A stretch of DNA of 64,000 nt from Eledone cirrhosa (GCA_964016885.1 OZ024749.1:32426001-32490000); one strand, 5' to 3'; positions 1-14,196 are shown, counted from the first letter of the stretch. Notes: generated by a model not told the origin, from the letters alone. A program made the numbers and translations.

Positions 1-98
1 GTGTTCATCTCTGTTGTTTATTCAATTATTTTACACGACTCGGAAAAGCTTTTTTCTTAGAGCTATTTAATTGTAAGAGACTACTCTGAGTTTCTAAC

Positions 99-210
<112 letters not shown>

Positions 211-277
211 CAAGGTTTAGCAAATAAGAAAAAGTTTTAAAATAAATTTTTAAAAATTCATTGTACCTGCTATGGTT

Positions 278-363
278 ACCTTTACCGTATGGTTTCGAGT
301 CTCAAAAATAAATGGATAGTCCTTACGGGCCTCCATTGAAAAGAAAAACTCTCATCAGAAGGT
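278..363 (-). ncRNA. Type I hammerhead ribozyme motif with extended stem II
   Basis: Minus strand: ACCTT-CTGATGA-GAGTTT...AATGGA..GTAA..TCCATT...AGACTC-GAAACC ATAC GGTA^AAGGT. Core intact; stems I, II and III pair. Confidence 0.85.
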
Positions 364-1302
364 TCTTTTCACTCGGAGAATATAAAATTCCCGAGTTCGA
401 ATTACGAACTCGCGCTATTCAAAATTGTTCCCGAGATGAGAATGAATGATGTGGAAGCAAGTATGTCCAGTACTGTGTGCAAAGATAGAAGGCAGAGGCG
501 GAGAGGTCAATCTACTACCACTCTCAATAGCAGCAGTCAAAACGACCAAATGTTATTTCGACCAGGGGGAGATAATAATAATAAAGTATATATCCCTACA
601 CGCAAAATACATATAGGGACACATGTATTATCCAATCATATGCCAATGTGGTTCTATGGCAGGTTAATAAATTAACGAGCCAGAACATATATATAATCAA
701 GGTCCCGTCCTTTCATGTTTTTCCCGCTAACTCCCTCTTCACTCCTTCTCGGAGTTCTTCTCCCTCCACTCTCCCGATGAAAGCTTATGCCCGAAACGTC
801 ATAACCATACACACACACAAAGTTTCACCAGGCGTGAAACTAATCATTGTTTCTACTTTTGACACAAGGCCAGCAATTACCCAGTGTATTACTGGTACTT
901 TATTTTTTCGACCCCGTAAAGATGATAGGCAAAGTTAACCTCGGCGCGATTTGAATTCAGATCATAAAGGGCCGTAACTCTTTGCTGCAAAGCATGGCGT
1001 CAGACGCTCTACCGATACTGCGAATCCACTGCCATTACCATATAACATTTACTCCTGCGTTTGTTTGTATTTTGTTTTCTGTTATTTCGAATTATATATA
1101 TATATGCGTGTGTGTGTGAATGTTTAATCATTAAGGCCAGTAACTATAGCGGCTCGCCATAGCAGGTACATACGTTTCATTAGCCCAGAAAACCAACTTG
1201 TTCAACCTGTGCCGATAAAAATGAACCAGAAAACTCGCCCTACGGACTTGAGTTGCTTTATACCTTGAATATGTTTACCTACCTATTACTAGAGTATATA
1301 TA

Positions 1303-1540
1303 TATATTAGAAAGGGAACAACACAATATATAACTACTTCATTACCAAAGGACCCTAGACAATATTAACATATGTCTAGTTCGCTCATCAGACAGAGGGG
1401 TTAATATTGTCTAGGGTCCTGAAACCTTTGGTAATGGAGTAGTTATATACTGTGTTGTTCACTTTCTAATATAATAGTTCTGTTCTATACATAGGGCACT
1501 CTTTTTTCCTTTGCTTTTACTTCAGAAATACTTTACATAT
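1303..1540. mobile_element. Asymmetric foldback carrying split hammerhead copies
   Basis: Inverted arms 1303-1368 and 1400-1473, then a tail shared with 39600-39700. The minus arm has CTGATGA but has lost GAAAC; the plus arm keeps GAAACCTTTGGTA. Confidence 0.72.
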
Positions 1541-1581
1541 ATACATATATTCTCCCCAAAAATGAAATTTTGGCTTAAGCT

Positions 1582-1636
<55 letters not shown>

Positions 1637-1640
<4 letters not shown>

Positions 1641-1825
1641 AAAAAGTATGACCCCGACGGCAGAGCTCAAGCCGTTTCGACGGCTATTTCTGGACTGAAA
1701 TAGCCGTCGAAACGGCTTGAGCTCTGCCGTCGGGGTCATACTTTTTCCTATTTCCCACTCTACTACCCTAAGTATTGAGTACTCTGGTGCGTTATGGTCC
1801 ATTTGGTTCCTTACCACAATTCCTT

Positions 1826-1830
<5 letters not shown>
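1637..1830. mobile_element. Asymmetric foldback element in (TA)n (family also at 9722-9912 and 49535-49733)
   Basis: ~54-bp perfect inverted arms containing the hammerhead 3' half, plus an ~80-nt tail on one arm. Confidence 0.8.
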
Positions 1831-1875
<45 letters not shown>

Positions 1876-1877
<2 letters not shown>

Positions 1878-2180
1878 CACCGTATTTTAGACTAAAGAAA
1901 TTTCTAGCCTGATAGTGGGGTTTATAACCCTCGGAGAAATGGAAAAAGATGAGTGTTGCCGTACATGGGAGTCGAACCCACATCTTTGGTTATCGACTCC
2001 CATGTACGGCAACACTCATCTTTTTCCATTTCTCTGAAGGTTATAAACCCCACTATCAGGCTAGAAATTTCTTTAGTCTAAAATACGATGAAAGCTTATA
2101 ATTTCTAATTTCTAATTTCAAACTCGCGCACCGTTTCAAAAACATACTTACATGTTTACGTTTATAATTTGCTTATACAT
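1876..2180. mobile_element. Foldback element with a tRNA-like B-box at its apex
   Basis: ~95-bp inverted arms (1876-1969 and 1993-2091) plus a tail; minus strand reads GTGGGTTCGACTCCCATG. Confidence 0.7.
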
Positions 2181-2301
2181 ATATATGAAAAACTCACATT
2201 ACATTACATATATATGAAAAAAAACTCACATTACATATATATGAAAAACTCACATTACATTTATTGTATTCAGCCATGTGGAACGAAATTTTCTATTTTA
2301 A

Positions 2302-2510
2302 TTTTCTTTTTTCTTTCTTTTTTTTCTTTTTTCTTTTTTCTTTTTTCTTTTTTCTTTTTTCTTTTTTCTTTTTTCTTTTTTCTTTTTTCTTTCTTTTTTC
2401 TTTTTTCTTTTTTCTTTTTTCTTTTTTCTTTTTTCTTTTTTCTTTTTTTTTTCTTTTTTCTTTTTTCTTTTTTCTTTTTTTCTTTTTTTCTTTTTTTCTT
2501 TTTTTCTTTT
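2302..2510. repeat. (T5-7C)n polypyrimidine tract
   Basis: Direct reading. Confidence 0.9.
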
Positions 2511-2989
2511 ATATATATATATTAGGATTGGTGCTCTGAAATAGCGATGTATACATGAATGTATGTAGAGTATATTTGGTGATATACTTTATGTTTAATT
2601 AAAAACATTTGGAAGACCTTGCGCTATTATTTTAAAGTAGTGACTATGTCACTTACTTCTTTTTTCCAGCAAAGGAAGATGATCGATAGATAGATATTGT
2701 TCTTGTTCAATAGTCTTACTCTATCCCATACCATTTCCCTCTCGTTAACCATTCCGTCCTTTTTTTTTCTTTTTTGTCATATATAATGTTTTTTTGTTTT
2801 TTTAATGTAAAATAAAATTATTATTAGATTCTCTAGCTGCTGTATCGATATAAATCACTTACAATAAAATTTCGCTGGAGATGGATTAGCAAAATGAAAT
2901 AAGCTGGTGGGTGGAATAAAAGCGGTGGTGGTTGGAAAAAATCTGAAAAATTAATAAGTGGGAGGGGGCAACGATTATACAAGACCTGG

Positions 2990-3225
2990 GAGTATTTGAG
3001 CGGTATTTTATCTAAATTTTTAAGCCGTATCATGTCTAAATATTTGAGCGGTATTTTCTCTAAATATCTGAGCGGTATTTTATCTAAATTTTTAAGCCGT
3101 ATCATGACTAAATACTTGAGAGGTATTTTTCTAAATATTTGAGCGGTATTTTCTCTAAATATCTGAGCGGTATTTTATCTAAATTTTTAAGCCATATCAT
3201 GTCTAAATATTTGAGCCGCATTTTG
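2990..3225. repeat. Short tandem array of ~21-bp units
   Basis: Repeated TAAATATTTGAGCGGTATTTT-like units. Confidence 0.75.
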
Positions 3226-3618
3226 TCTTAACTATTATTAATGCTGAAAAGGCAGTTTTTGCCATCAATTTTTGTAAGGACATGATGGAATATCTGTCAC
3301 TATTAATTCACTTCCTATTAATATTCAGTCGACAAACGCTGAAGTTTTGTTTTTTGAGACTTTAATCGCACAACACCTCAGAAAATACCTGTTGAGCTTT
3401 CTTGATTCATTACTACCGTGAATACGATTTGAACCCATTCTAATTTACAATTGTGACCACAGACATGACTGAGCGATTTAGAAGTTCGTTTTTCAATCAC
3501 GATGTCCCAAATTCTATCCCACTGTACGCCATCTTGGACAAGTGTCTTTACCAATTCTTCAGGTTGGCCCAAACTTTGTGAGTGAAACTGAGTAGACGGG
3601 AGTACAATGGTTAAGCCT

Positions 3619-3653
<35 letters not shown>

Positions 3654-5052
3654 TACACACACACACTTAGTGCCCCGTTAACTCTGACTGGGTATTACAA
3701 ATTGTACGTTCAGTTGATCGAACAACTTGAATGTTCATCGTCGAAACCACCTGAGGACCGATCAATATACAATTGTCAATCTGCTAAGTAGATAATATTT
3801 GCTACGCTGTTTCTCTGTGCTCATCAAATACTCGATTACTGATCTGCTTCAGCGGAAAATCAAAGTATTTTCCCAAATTGCTAGCATTGTGCCTAAATTA
3901 GAAACCATTTCTTTGTTTTGCTTTTGTTTTCTTTTTTTGTATTTTTTTATATTTTTTGGCAAAACACATCAATTTTTTTTTCTTTAGAAGTAAAAAAAGT
4001 ATTTTGTGTTGTCCCTCATGTGGAGACATCTTAAGTTGATTAAGCTTCTCAAAAATGTCTGACAAACTCCGTAATTTGCAAAGACAATTCTCATTACGAA
4101 AGAATAGCCAGGCTTTAGTGTTTAAGAAAAAAATATCTTGAGAGTTAAGTGCGGTCACATAAAAATGCACTTGAAATGATCAAATTGATTAAGTCAAGCA
4201 ATGAATAGCTGTCTATTGAGCTATTGAACTATTGGAAAATATGTCAGTATATGAGATTTGATTTCTGTGATATTTTACTGCAAATAGAAGCGAAATCGCT
4301 GTCAAACTGACAATTTTTTCAAACAAATAATGTTATTGTTTGGTTTTGTTTTTATTATCAAAGGACTCTAATTTGCAGAATTCTTTCATAATGAGAATTA
4401 TCTTTGGAAATGATTCCAGTTGTCAGACAATTATTTTTAAAAGGAAGAGAGTTCAGAAATGGAATAACTGTGTCCATGTTTATCGTGAATATATTATGTA
4501 TATCGTGAATATAGTGTGAATATTGTGAATATAGTGTGTATATCGTGTATATACTGTGTGTGTAATGTGTATATCGTGTGTGTGTTGTATATATCGTGTG
4601 TGTGTGTGTGTGTGTGTGTATATCGTGCATATATCGATGGAGAAGTAGCACTGACTGGAGGGAGGGGGGTAAAAATAAACGTAAAATAGGCATAGCTAAA
4701 TATAGATATATAAAACAATCCACCTACAACATTTACTCATTCGAAAGGGTGTGGATTAGAGGTTAGGGTGTTTGGTTGATGGTATTAAGGTCGAGATTTC
4801 GATTCCTGGCAGCATGTTGTGACGTTGTGCAAGGCACTTTATTACTATGCTAAATGCGCACGTGTCTGTGGCGTGCTTGGGCACTTCCATGTTAATTTCA
4901 CACGCAGTCTGTTCCATTGATTGAGAAAAGTGGAACACTCGTCGTCGGAACCGATGGAGGTTCAATACATGCGTATACACACTTAATACCATCGCCTTTC
5001 CAATGTGACCGACATTTTACATGACATGCACATCAATTTTGATATAATAGAT

Positions 5053-5320
5053 AATTTTCTTTTTATTTGCCACCAGGGCATCAAAAAGTGGGACAAGTAC
5101 AATGGGGGGAGTTTACATAACAAGGCGTCCTCAATAAGGAGGAGGCAATAACAAAATATAAAAATAAAATAAAATATAACAAAATAAAATTTATAACAAA
5201 ATCCTCAATAGAGAGGAGGCGCATTGGGGGGTCGCACACACTCCCGAAAAAAAGTGTGCAACGCTTCTCCTCAGGAGCACAGAGAGGGGATGCTCCCTTG
5301 GTCTTTCATCTTCCTCTATA
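5053..5320 (-). mobile_element. Tx1 subfamily A 3' UTR fragment
   Basis: Matches 17953-18220; degenerate GATA to the left, (ATAG)n to the right. Confidence 0.85.
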
Positions 5321-5338
5321 ATAGATAGATAGATAGAT

Positions 5339-5688
5339 ATGTTTCTTTATTAGCCACAGGGGCACAAAAGAAGGGGACAAATACAAAGAGGGAAGTTTAC
5401 ATACAATAAAAACGTGTAAAATGTTATCACAAATGCAATTTAAAAAATTAGTCGATTTTCCCCAATAGGGGAGACAGTTCATATGGGTAACACATACCCC
5501 CGAAGAAAAAATGTGAAACCCTCATCTCCAGGAGTACGAAGAGTTTGTACTCCTTTCCTCTCCTCCTCCTTTTCCTTAACCTACAGGCTGATATAGAGAG
5601 AAGGCCCATTCACTTGGGCCATTCTCGCCACTTTCACCCACCTTTCATAAAACTTGCTGGGGTACAGCACTTCTCTCTCCATCCTGAT
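5339..5688 (-). mobile_element. Tx1 subfamily B 3' fragment
   Basis: Matches 16663-17010; (ATAG)n to the left, degenerate ATAG/ACAG tract to the right. Confidence 0.88.
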
Positions 5689-5771
5689 AGAGAAATAAAT
5701 AAATAGATAGACAGACAGACAAATAGATAGATATATTTCTTTCCTTTCCTTTTTTTTTTCTTTCTTTCTTT

Positions 5772-6168
<397 letters not shown>

Positions 6169-6506
6169 ATCAAAAGATGGTTAAAAGAGTTCCATGTATT
6201 TTATTATGCGCATTTCAAAAACAAATATCATCATGCAATAACATTTGCGTTTTCGTCAGATAAAATAGGGAGACATGATATGAAGGTTAAAACACACTTG
6301 TGAATAGTGCAGTTTTAAATCAACATATGTTGATATGTTGATATGTTGATTTAAAACTGCACTATTCACAAGTGTGTTTTAACCTTCATATCATGTCTCC
6401 CTATTTTATCTGACGAAAACGCAAATGTTATTGCATGATGATATTTGTTTTTGAAATGCGCATAATAAAATACATGGAACTCTTTTAACCATCTTTTGAT
6501 TTTATG

Positions 6507-6509
<3 letters not shown>
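6169..6509. mobile_element. Near-perfect ~330-bp foldback in (TA)n with a hammerhead on each strand
   Basis: 6169-6330 is the reverse complement of ~6340-6500. Confidence 0.85.
6402..6472 (+). ncRNA. Type I hammerhead, palindromic stem III (mirror copy on minus strand at 6197-6267)
   Basis: TATTTTAT-CTGACGA-stem II (CAAATGTTATT/GATGATATTTG)-GAAATGCGCATA^ATAAAATA. Confidence 0.85.
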
Positions 6510-6565
<56 letters not shown>

Positions 6566-6590
6566 TATGAACCTATTTATCTATCTATCT

Positions 6591-6807
6591 GAAAGAAGTA
6601 CAAACTCTTCGTACTCCTGGAGTTGAGGGTTGCACATTTTTTTCGGGGGTATGTGTTACCCATATGAACTGTCTCCCCTATTGGGGAAAATCGACTAACT
6701 TTTTAAATTGCATTTGTGATAACATTTTACACATTTTTATTGTATGTAAACTTCCCCCTTTGTATTTGTCCCCTTATTTTGTGCCCCTGTGGCTAATAAA
6801 GAAACAT
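6591..6807 (+). mobile_element. Tx1 subfamily B 3' UTR fragment, plus strand
   Basis: Reverse complement of the 5339-5550 region; flanked by ATCTATCTATCT and ATCTATCT. Confidence 0.88.
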
Positions 6808-7269
6808 ATCTATCTCCGTCTTTAGAAAAAAAATATAGGAGGGTAGGCTGAAAAGTTTTCAACCGACACACGTCTGTTGAAAAGTAAACCTCATTTGGTC
6901 ATTCCATGAGAGTATCTTGGTCCACCTAAGACCTTCTCAGCCGATCCTTGTATGTCGTGACAGTCTTTAATATCTGAGATTCTAGCATGGCTTTGGTAGC
7001 ACAAGTTCTATCATTTGTCTCTTTTTTTTTTTTTGTGGGGCCGGGAATATGCATAAAGTACAGATGTAGCTTTTACTCTCTCTCTCTCTAATACTCTTTC
7101 ATTGTCTCTCCCAAGAGCGGTAGATTGGCAGTATCGGTAGAGGGTCGGATGTCATGCTTTGCAGTATAGAGTTACTGCCCTTTATGGTCTGAGTTCAAAT
7201 CCCGCCGAGGTTCATTTTGCCTTTCATCTTCAAGGGGTCGATAAAATAAAGTACCAGTAATGCACTGGT

Positions 7270-7700
7270 ACTTGTTGTTGTTCTTGTTACTGTTGTTGTT
7301 ATTACTATTGTTGTTTTTGTTACTGTTGTTACTTTTATTGTTGTTGTAGTTGTTGTTGTTGTTACTGTTGTTGATTTTATTGTTGTTGTTGCTGTTGTTA
7401 CTTTTATTGTTGTTGTTGCTGTTGTTACTTTTATTGTTGTTGTTGTTGTAGTTGTTGTTGTTACTGTTGTTGATTTTATTGTTGTTGTTGCTGTTGTTAC
7501 TTTTATTGTTGTTGTTGTAGTTGTTGTTGTTACTGTTATTGATTTTATTGTTGTTGTTACTGTTGTTGATTTTATTATTGTTGTTGCTGTTGTTACTTTT
7601 ATTTTTGTTGTTGTAGTTGTTGTTGTTACTGTTGTTGATTTTATTGTTGTAGTGTTACTGTTGTTGATTTTATTGTTGTTGTAGTTGTTATTGTTTGTTA
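7270..7700. repeat. (GTT)n-rich low-complexity tract (similar at 30695-31110)
   Basis: Direct reading. Confidence 0.9.
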
Positions 7701-8199
7701 CTCTCTTCTTAGTCCACTATCCAGAAAAGCACATTAAAAATATTTAATATGCTTCTGATTATATATAACTCTCACCCTCTCTCTCTCCTCACCCCCTCTC
7801 TCTCTCTTTCTCTCTCTCCCTCTCTTCCATTCTCTCTCCTCCCCCTCCCTCTCTCCTCTCTTTTCCTGTCCATTTGTCGAGTTCCCTTCTAATTAGTCGC
7901 CACAACCTTTCAATTAAATGAATAATTTGGGCTGAAAAAAAAATGAGATTTAGTGAGTGGGTGGATAAGGGCGGGGTCAAAAGAGAGATGTGGATAGTGC
8001 GGGGTAGGGTCGGAAGAGAGGTGGGGGGGTTAGATAGTGGGAGGTAGGGTCGGAAGAGAGATGTGGGGTGGGTTTCGTGTGGATCGGGGGGGCAGAAGAG
8101 AGATGTGCGGGAGGGTTTTGTATGGATTGTGGGGGGTAGGAAGAGAGATATGGGTGGTGGGGAGATAGTGTGGATCGTGGGAGTGGGGCTAGGATATAT

Positions 8200-9335
8200 A
8201 GGTGTGTTGTTGTGTGGTGTTGTGAGCTGTAGTGTTGTGTGTGTTGTTGTGTAGTATGATGTGGTGTGTTGTGATGTAATGTAGTGCAGTATGGTGTAGT
8301 GTAGTGTAATGTAGTGTAGTGTAGTATAGTGTGGTGTAGTGTAGTGTAACGTAGTGTAGTATAGTGCGGTGTAGTGAAGTATAGTGTAGTGTAATGTAGT
8401 GAAGTGTAGTATAGTGTGGTGTAGTGTAGTATGGTGAAGTGTAGTGTAATGTAGTGTAGTATAGTGTGGTGTAGTGAAGTATAGTGTAGTGTAGTATAGT
8501 ATAGTGTAATGTGGTGAGGAATAGTGTGGTGTAGTGTTGTGTACTGTAATGTAGTGTAGTGTGGTGTAGTATAGTATAGTGGGGTGTAGTATAGTGTAGT
8601 GTAGTATGGTGTAGTGTAGTGTAATGTGATGTAGTGTAGTGTGGTGTAGTATAGTGTAGTGATGTGTGGTGTAGTGTAGTGTGGTGTAGTATAGTGTAGT
8701 GATGTGTGGTGTAGTGTGGTGTAGTGTAGTGTGGTGTAGTATAGTGTAGTGATGTGTGGTGTAGTGTAGTGTGGTGTAGTATAGTGTAGTGATGTGTGGT
8801 GTAGTGTGGTGTAGTGTAGTGTGGTGTAGTATAGTGTAGTGATGTGTGGTGTAGTGTAGTGTAGTGATGTGTGGTGTAGTGTAGTGATGTGTGGTGTAGT
8901 GTGGTGTAGTGTAGTGTGGTGTAGTATAGTGTAGTGATGTGTGGTGTAGTGTAGTGTGGTGTAGTATAGTGTAGTGATGTGTGGTGTAGTGTAGTGTAGT
9001 GATGTGTGGTGTAGTGTAGTGATGGGTGGTGTAGTGTGGTGTAGTGTAGTGTGGTGTAGTATAGTGTAGTGATGGGTGGTGTAGTGATGTGTGGTGTAGT
9101 GTAGTGTAGTGTAGTGATGGGTGGTGTAGTGTAGTGTGGTGTAGTATAACGTAGTGGGGTGTAGTATAGTGTAGCGTAGTATGGTGTTGTATAGGGCAGT
9201 ATAATATAATGTGTAGTGTAGTGTGGTGTAGTATAGTGTAGTGTTGTGTGGTGTAGTGTAGTGTTGTGTGGTGTGGTGTAGTTTAGTATAGCGTGATGTA
9301 ATGTAGTATAGTGTGGTGTAGTGTGATGTATGTAT
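8200..9335. repeat. (GTAGT)n-based degenerate pentamer satellite
   Basis: GTAGT/GTGGT/ATAGT units. Confidence 0.92.
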
Positions 9336-9625
9336 GTAGGTATATGTGTGTGTGCTGGGGATCTACACGATAAAAGCACCCAGTACACACTGTAAAGTGG
9401 TTGGTGTTAAAAAGAGCATCCAACTGTAGAAAGAAAAACTTGCCATATCAAAGGTTGGGAGGACTCTTCAGTTCGTGGCAAAAGACACAACTTCTCCTGC
9501 GCACTCAATAAAACATATGACCGTATGTAAGCGATGTGTGGGAGGTCAGTAGCCCCGCTTCAGTACTGACCTGTGTTCTATATGTAGACTCATCCAACCC
9601 TCGCTAGCGGGGAAAGCGATGATGA

Positions 9626-9719
<94 letters not shown>

Positions 9720-9721
9720 TA

Positions 9722-10105
<384 letters not shown>

Positions 10106-10245
10106 TCCAGACGCAATAAACTGAGTCCAGATGCATCACTGATTTTTCGTTTTTTTTATACTATTCACACTCTGCTCTGTAAGAATATTGAGTGCTAATT
10201 TTGGCATACCGCCTATGGAAGCACCATAGCTACCATTAAACACAC

Positions 10246-10421
<176 letters not shown>

Positions 10422-10684
10422 TCATTTTAATCCCCCTACTGCCATTCACCCACTCATTTTTTCCTGGTTGGTTCGCTATATACTGCAATAACATGAAATG
10501 ACAAAATACAGACAGGAAACTATAAATTATTATTACTATATATTGCATAGAGTTACGGCCCTTGACATTCTGAGTTCAAATCCCGCCGAGGTTAACTTTG
10601 CCTTTCATCCTTACTGGGTCGATAAAATAAAGTTCCAGTAATGCACTGGATCATTGCTGGCCTTGTGCCAAAAGTAGAAACAAT

Positions 10685-10740
<56 letters not shown>

Positions 10741-10743
<3 letters not shown>

Positions 10744-10996
10744 AACGAGTAGGACCCCGACGGCTGAGCTCAAGCCGTTTCGACGGCTAATTCTGGACTA
10801 AATGAAAATTTTTATCCTGGTATATGAATAGCCGAGCTTCTCAGGGGGTAATTCCATATATGGTAAAAGTGATTGTCACAAGGATTGGTCAAAAGTTTGT
10901 TGTTGAGACACATAATTCTATCATGGCAATTTGTGGAAGGAAGGGGTAGCTGAACCTGCCAGTAGAAGAAAGAGGTTCCTTGCCACATTTCCTTCG

Positions 10997-11000
<4 letters not shown>
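10741..11000 (-). mobile_element. Less-truncated copy of the foldback family, with a variant hammerhead (10754-10849)
   Basis: Minus strand: ACCCC-CTGAGAA-GCTCGGCTATTC...GAATTAGCCGTC-GAAACGGC TTGAGCTCA GCCGTC^GGGGT; (TA)n on both sides. Confidence 0.7.
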
Positions 11001-11089
<89 letters not shown>

Positions 11090-11986
11090 CTGCTCTCATC
11101 CTTGTATTGAATCTTCTTCTTCGCCCACTTATTCCTGCGAGGGTGGTGGAAGCAGAGTCCTCAAACACTCCTTCCAGTGGGTCCTGCCCATAAAATAAAA
11201 TACTATTCAACTCTTAACACCCTGTAATGTTTTAGTAGAACACATTTTAAAACAGGTTTGGTAACTCAAATGTTTACAGTTTCTTCACTAGTGGATAGAA
11301 TGCTGTAAAAATTTGTAGTATTTGTGTAAAGACTTTAATTTTCAGAGTTATACCATCATGGCGTTATTTGTACTTTTTAATTTTATAAAATGTCTTCCTA
11401 ATGTGGTTTCATGTGGTACAGGACCTTAAAAGGTAAATATTTTTATTAACCCATGATTTTTATCCCAATGTAATGTTGAAAACTATCATTATAACAACAA
11501 CAACAACAATATCAACAGCAGTAATAGCCGCAGCAATATCAGCAACAACAACACAAGCAGCAGTAGTGGCACCAACTGACATAATTCTTATAATTCCTAA
11601 ATCCTAATGAGCAAAGAACGAAATCAACGGGAATTTAAAGATTTCGCCACTACCACCACCACGACCATCACCACAACCATTACCACCACCACTAACACCA
11701 CAACCATCACCACTACCACCTAATACAATTTGTACATCAACGTCATCAACATAATCTACACCACCACCACCACCACTACCACTACCATCAACACTAACAC
11801 CACCACTACCACTACCATCATCACTAATATCACCACCACTACCACCATCATCATCACCACCCCAACCAGCAAAAATCTTTAACTATCTGATACAATTATG
11901 GAAAATTACAAAGAAAAGTGAATACATCACTATTTTATACATACACACACGGTCACACATACACGCACACACAAAAGCATACAAAC

Positions 11987-12043
<57 letters not shown>

Positions 12044-12044
12044 T

Positions 12045-12353
12045 AAGTATTAGGATTGGTGCTCTGAAATAGCGATGTATACATGAATGTATGTATAGTA
12101 TATTTGGCAATATACCGTATGTTTAATTAAAAACATTTTGAAGACCTTACGCTATCATTTTTAAAGTAGTCACTATGTCACTTCTTTTCGGCGAAAGAAG
12201 GGAGAGAAGCTAGAAACAGACTGTTAGCTTCTCTCCCTTCTTTCGCCGAAAAGAAGTGAGTGACATAGTCATTACTTTAAAAATGATAGCGTAAGGTCTT
12301 CAAAATGTGTTTAATTAAACATACGGTATATTGCCAAATATACGATGCATACT

Positions 12354-12355
<2 letters not shown>
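12045..12355. mobile_element. Asymmetric foldback; unfolded relative at ~2520-2670
   Basis: ~115-bp imperfect inverted arms around 12212-12224; TA flanks. Confidence 0.72.
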
Positions 12356-12425
<70 letters not shown>

Positions 12426-12597
12426 CGTGCGTGTGTGTGTGTAGCTCCCTTCATCTGACCAAATGCAAACAATCTAAGATCGCCGAACTAACAATCTGAG
12501 AGGGTTTGTTTGACTCAACTCACCCAGTGAAACATGTGTATTAGAAAATGTACTGTCTTGTAATTAAAAAATCCATATATATATATATATGTGTGTG

Positions 12598-12637
<40 letters not shown>

Positions 12638-12815
12638 CGAGCGTCCCCCTTATTTACGTGTCCCAACGACTTTTTTTAGCCGTTGCTCGCACCAACCTGA
12701 GGTATATGGCCTTTAATGCGACGAAATGCCTACGACGGTTGGAAGGCCACTGATGAGGACAAACTTTTTCATATGTAACCCATTTGCAGCGCCGCAGCTC
12801 CATTATTATCATATT

Positions 12816-12871
<56 letters not shown>

Positions 12872-13066
12872 TACATACACACAGAGTTCAATGACCTGCA
12901 CATGTATTGTTTTTTGGCGGTAGTCTCCTTCCTCCTATTTTCGAGACAGTGTGAGATTTTCTTTAGAACTGCTGGACTAACAACCTAGCAACTCCCTCAA
13001 GCACTGATGGTGATTATCGCTAAATATTGATGTTGATTTGGTTATCAATATTAATATTATTGGGCA

Positions 13067-13189
13067 CCCACTGAAGAATTATAAGAGCCCACTTGAATAA
13101 GTATCTGTTGATCTTATACAAGCTTCTACATAATTTGGTATAATTTCACCCAACTTGTAGAAATCTTATAATGAAACGAGTCGTCTGGG
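13067..13189 (+). ncRNA. Type I hammerhead with ~95-nt branched stem II
   Basis: CCCA-CTGAAGA-ATTATAAGA...TCTTATAAT-GAAACG AGT CGTC^TGGG; perfect 9-bp base of stem II enclosing two hairpins. Confidence 0.85.
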
Positions 13190-13575
13190 AAGTGATATAT
13201 TGGATATATCTCATATGAAATGATACAGCCAATTTTCCACACAATACAATTAGTTAGCACCCCGAATACTCAGGTATTTCCGAATGTTTGTTGAGTGAGT
13301 TGGAATTTGGCCGGAGTATCGCTATTAGCTTTCTCCGATTATGTATTTATATATATATATAGATATATAGATAGATATATATATATATAATAGAAATAGG
13401 ATTTAGCTTCAAGCATAGCTGTATACAGATATGTATAGACATTTCGTATTTCTAAAGAAACACGGTATGTTTACAGGGTAAACATTTAGGAAGCCGTAGC
13501 TATGCAAACACCGAAGCTAATGCTCTCTGTAGGTGTCCACCAGAGGACGAAATTTCGATATATATCATATATTAT

Positions 13576-13785
13576 GAAGGCTGAGTGGTTAGAGAATTGG
13601 ATTCACAATCGTGACGTTGTGTGTTCGATTCCTGGACCGGGCGATGCGTTATGTTCTTGAGCAAGACACTTTATTTCACGTTGCTCCTTCTACCTGGAGG
13701 TGCGACCGATAGATACTACTAGCAACTGGAAAGACCTAGGAAAACATTGTTTACTCGGTCCTATTTGACGAAAGTCGATCGATAT
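13576..13785 (+). mobile_element. tRNA-SINE with the same body but a different tail (copies at 26465-26660(-) and 40885-41103(-))
   Basis: GGCTGAGTGGTTAG..GTTCGATTCC..CTTGAGCAAGACACTTTATTTCAC..CTCGGTCC..GTCGATCGAT(AT)n. Confidence 0.8.
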
Positions 13786-13788
13786 ATA

Positions 13789-13838
<50 letters not shown>

Positions 13839-13942
13839 AGACTCTATTGTAAATGGTCTACTTTGTTTTTTCAGAACATCTGAAATATTACATATGTATT
13901 GCGTGGGTGTTAGTAATATATAATATATAATATATAATGTGT

Positions 13943-14028
<86 letters not shown>

Positions 14029-14146
14029 GATGAGGGAATTCTCATTATTAACTGATGTTCAGACTAATCTCCTAATCTCTGTTGTTATAATTATGACGTG
14101 CCGAAACAGATAACCACAATAGTCCAATGTATATGTGTGTGTGTAT

Positions 14147-14196
<50 letters not shown>

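Noticed and set aside
771-800. Hammerhead-like CCGATGA..GAAACGTC
   Set aside because: Stems I and II do not pair well; at most a dead relic.
1960-1995. Functional tRNA gene
   Set aside because: Only the 3' half/B-box is present; no complete cloverleaf.
3378-3572. 64-aa non-repetitive ORF
   Set aside because: No recognisable motif or splice context.
8189-9388. 399-aa His/Tyr/Thr-rich ORF
   Set aside because: Translation of a pentamer satellite; no coding evidence.
12691-12760. Hammerhead-like CTGAGGT..GAAA and a nearby CTGATGA
   Set aside because: Core and stems are too degenerate to call.
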